64,000 bases of DNA from the human T2T-CHM13v2.0 reference genome, Homo sapiens. Numbering within the stretch: the first letter of the stretch is position 1; each line of letters begins with the position of its first letter. The position numbers and the translations under genes are program-made. The notes under the pieces were generated by a model, which saw only the letters and a list, made by a program, of their open reading frames with translations, did no database searches and was not told the origin of the DNA. Positions 60,500-64,000 of the stretch are shown here, one piece after another. Location: the NCBI RefSeq assembly GCF_009914755.1, contig NC_060927.1. One strand, given 5' to 3'.

Positions 60500-61530
60500 A
60501 AACCAGAATGAGCAGGAGCCAAACTGTTTTCCTGGGATAATCTGCCTCTAAATATATCAATATAATGAACTAATTGGTCTGTCTGCACACTTACAGATGA
60601 GGAGGAAAGCTCAGCTTGTTTCTAACATCTGTAGGATATACATGTCTCCCTATTTCCCAGATCCTGTTGGTCCTTGGCTACTTTTAATTGGTTATGTGTT
60701 ACTTGTGTCAGCAGTACTCAGCGAGGTTTCAATGTGACTGTGATTATTGGCATCTTGAGGACAACTGTGTTACAATTCACTTGTCAATGGCTTATGCTGG
60801 GAGTTGCCATAAAATTGTGGCCCAAGTATACCTTAATGGGTGGCCAAGTAGAGATATTTATTTCCTTTATTCTAAAAGAAATGTAAGTGCCATGATGGTT
60901 TCTGGAACTAAAATATTTAACTTTTGAAATAACATGGTCTTTATCCCCGAGGTACATTAAAATGATGGTGCTCTATTTTCATTTAGTTATCCGCTTGAAT
61001 GAGAATGTGAGTAGCTGAAAGGGACCAAAATATCTGAGTTGCCTTTTTGAGAGGAATCAGAAATTGGTTGCTAATGGAGAAAACTTCTGAACTCAGAAAC
61101 TCATAATATATTCTGTATTTTTTGCAGAAAATACCTAAATTACCCATGAAACTTTTATGAACAAGGCAATTTTTGAAGCTGAAAAGCATAAAATCATGTC
61201 GAAGCTCTCAAAGTGAAGAAGATAAAATTGTTCTTCACCTCCTTGCCAACCCCACCCCTGCTTTTTTGGCCTAGTTTTTTAGTGGAAAGTTCTCTTATAA
61301 AATTGCTCTTCTTTCAGTTCCTCTTTTCTGAGTGATTGATGTCTAGAGAATTCTGTTTTGCCTTGGATAACTTCAGAGAATACATTTTTCTTCACTGGAT
61401 TCGGTACTTATTTGTGTCTGTACTATTTTTTTTGGTTCCAAAGGGTGGAACACCATCTTTGGCTTTTTCTGAATCTTCTCTTCATCCTTATTTTGTGGTT
61501 ATTATAGAAGATGTTAGAGCATCAGACTAG
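60500..61530 (+). pseudogene. EBLN unit 22
   Basis: FPG ~ LPG; VGPWLLLI ~ VTPSLVFL; LMLGVAI (60791-60811) ~ LLIGVVI; LVPKGGTPSLA (61432-61464) ~ LAPRSFPNLA. Confidence 0.65.
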
Positions 61531-61547
61531 TATTCATTTGGAAATAT

Positions 61548-61978
61548 AGTGTAAGTCAGAGTCCTAATGGGAAAATGGAAACCATATTAGTTATTTAAAG
61601 TAGAGTAGATTTGCTTTGGGATACCATTACACAGATATTGATGAGCTGAAAGAGCAGAAGGGGAATACTGGTGACCTAGAATCATAGGTACAGGAAGAGC
61701 CTGGGACAAAGACCTATGTGGCTGGTTTAGTGACTGCAGAAAGAAGTTGCAGGCTTGACCAGGTGTCACTGCCAGCGCAGCTGCAGGGGAAAGGAGTAAG
61801 GCAGGAAAGAACTCCTTGTCCCTCTCCTCCCATCTCCCACTATTACTCTATTATGCTGCCTACTGGCAGAAATTCAGTTCCCAAACTGGGAATTGTTGTT
61901 TGCCATGTTTTGAGCCCCAACATCACAGAGTATAGAATGAGTTTAGAGGTAAGAAAAACTGCATAATGAATCAGCACA
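61548..61978. mobile_element. Old MLT1-type LTR
   Basis: gtgtaagtcagagtcc...aatgaatcagcaca, MLT1-like ends. Confidence 0.55.
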
Positions 61979-61999
61979 ATCTCAATAATTTTTGACACA

Positions 62000-62900
62000 A
62001 AGAGTATAATTTGTTAGTTTACTTTCTCTCTATTTATATACTATCATCGGTGCAGGTTCCTGCAATTAAATATGTAATAAAGTTTCATCAAGTGGCACTT
62101 TGAATTAGTAATTTTCAACTCAATGCATTGTTATTCTATAATTCACGACTTTCCATTTGTTTCTCTGTAACTTTGGTAGCAAATATTTTAAATTAGCATT
62201 TGGTAATTCATAATATGGGATTTTCACCTTCTGTGCTGATTTTAGAACTTAATTTCCATATAAGTTGCAACTACAAACCATCTAATAATGTAGCAAACAT
62301 ATTAAATCAATTTATAAAGAACCAAAGTATGTAACAAGTTATTTTCCTCTAAAGAGAAAATAATTTGAGAACATATATAGCAGAATTTTTAGAGAAGGAA
62401 TTTAGAGCTCACGTAATCAATGAACCTTGTTTCTAAAGTTACTTCCACATAATAGTCAATTCCTTCTTTACAGATTTTAGTGCTGGACTGAGATAGTAGT
62501 GAAAAAATAAATTTAGAGATAAAATAAATATACTCTTGACACACATGTTTTATTAACCCAGTTTTCTTGAATTTTACAAATTGGAAATATTTCAGGTGGA
62601 TGAATAAGTAAAACACATGCAAAGAGAAACAAGAATAGGCTAGATTGGGATGTTAACTCAGCTTGTTAAAAAGGCTTATATTTAGAATCTACAATAACAA
62701 AAAGGCAAGCATTATCCTTTTTTGCATAATATTCTTTGAGGAATGCTCTTCCTATATACTTACAAGAAAATAATTTGATTTCTTTAGTGGAAGAAATTAC
62801 CAAATAGTTTATTACAGTGAGGCAGGAAGTGTGCATAGATTAATTTAGCAAGCAGTTATTGCAGTCCTTCTGTAATGGAATAGAACTATGGCCTATCCTT
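62000..62900 (+). pseudogene. EBLN unit 23
   Basis: INEPCF (62416-62433) ~ INGQPWV; TDF (62470-62478); EKINL (62501-62515) ~ DQIKL; YPF ~ FPF; L*WKK ~ FYWSK. Confidence 0.65.
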
Positions 62901-63299
62901 TATATATAAGAACAAAGAGAAACTACAAACTGGGAAGCCAGGAATGGGGTCAAAAATTGACTTGCTTTCTGATCAGTGCCGCTTGTTAAGCACTCCCACT
63001 CACCTGAACCATTCAACAGTTGTTGAAACATCTGCTTTCCAAGATATTCATTTTTATTTTGTGTTTTTGCTCCTGCCTTTCTGTTAGCATGAAATGCCCT
63101 ATTTTTCCCCCTTCCTATTGAAATTCAATCTGTCTTTCAAGATCCAGTTCAAATGCCATGAGTTTCATAACCCCCTCCTCCAGATTCTGTTAGTTTTAAT
63201 CAGTTGCTTCTTCTTTACTCCTAGAAGATTTTGCTCTATCATTTTCTACATCTCCCACACAAATAATTCCTTATTTCAGATAATGTTCTCCTTTGATAA

Positions 63300-63830
63300 T
63301 AGTACCATGGACTATTATGGATGAAAGCTTTATATTCTTCGACCCAGAAAACCATACATATTTATACACAAATGCATTTTCATAGGGTTTGCTAAGAAGA
63401 GGTAGAGAGTTTGAAAGGTGGACTGTTCAAATATCTAATGCACAATTGTTCTTGGTAATGAAATGCCTGATGTTTCCCTTCCCCTCTCTTCTTTTTCTTT
63501 CCTTTGCTTCCTTTTCCTTCCACCATCTTTCCTCTTTATTACCTTCCCTTCCTTTCCCTTCTCTTCCCTCCCCTCCCCTCCTTCCTTCCTTCCTTCCTTC
63601 CCTCCCTCCCTCCCTCCCTCCCTCCCTCTCTCCTTCTTTCCTTTTCATTCCCTCCTTTGTTCCTTCCTTCCTTCCTTTCTTCTCTCTTCTTTCTTTTCAG
63701 TTTATTTATCCTTTATCTAATACTGGTGTTTATTTTTTAGTGACTCCAAAATTTGGAAACTTTTTTCTTAGAATAGAAAGGTATTTTAAGAAAGAAAATT
63801 CACTTAGAAGCCAAAATTGATATACTTTGA
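63300..63830 (+). pseudogene. EBLN unit 24 (split by a CT-rich microsatellite)
   Basis: ORF 63389: GREF ~ GKEF, SNAQL ~ SYAQM; after the repeat VTPKFGNF ~ LAPRSFPNL and YFKKEN ~ WSKKEN. Confidence 0.72.
63475..63700. repeat. (TTCC)n/(CCCT)n low-complexity repeat
   Basis: Direct pyrimidine-rich tetranucleotide repeats. Confidence 0.95.
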
Positions 63831-64000
63831 ATAACTTTGTTGGGGAAAAAAAAAACTGCATTACTCCGTTTCTAATATTATGTCCTCACCAACATTACAG
63901 AATTAAGTAGTGGAAAGAACACTAAACTTGGTGTCCAAAAATATGAGATCAACTTCAGGATCTACCAGATAATAATATTGTGAACTTCCAAATTAATGTA

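Noticed and set aside
63427-63740. Low-complexity ORFs (EGRE / PSFL repeats)
   Set aside because: Translations of the (TTCC)n microsatellite.

Overview
Human (primate) genomic DNA containing the 3' half of CCDC50 (Ymer) on the + strand: the 528-nt alternative exon 6 (129-656), exons 7-11, and terminal exon 12 (stop 16900-16902, ~6.9-kb 3'UTR to ~23.8 kb). About 40 kb of transposon-rich downstream sequence follows (L1, Alu, MST/THE1/MLT, MER41, Tigger1, MIR, L2). Main finding: manual translation of the non-TE sequence from ~15.3 kb to the window end shows repeated, collinear, + strand, stop- and frameshift-riddled similarity to bornavirus nucleoprotein (N). I count about 24 head-to-tail ~1-kb endogenous bornavirus-like N (EBLN) units. 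The array begins in CCDC50 intron 11 and appears to supply the last splice acceptor, the last six codons and the stop codon in the viral reading frame. It also makes up most of the 3'UTR and continues downstream, interrupted by MIR, L2, L1, LTR and Alu insertions. All alignments were made by eye against a Borna disease virus (BoDV-1) N sequence recalled from memory. Single motifs are weak; the support comes from their order and spacing. Unit boundaries and the copy count are approximate, and tBLASTn/HMM confirmation and a novelty check are needed.
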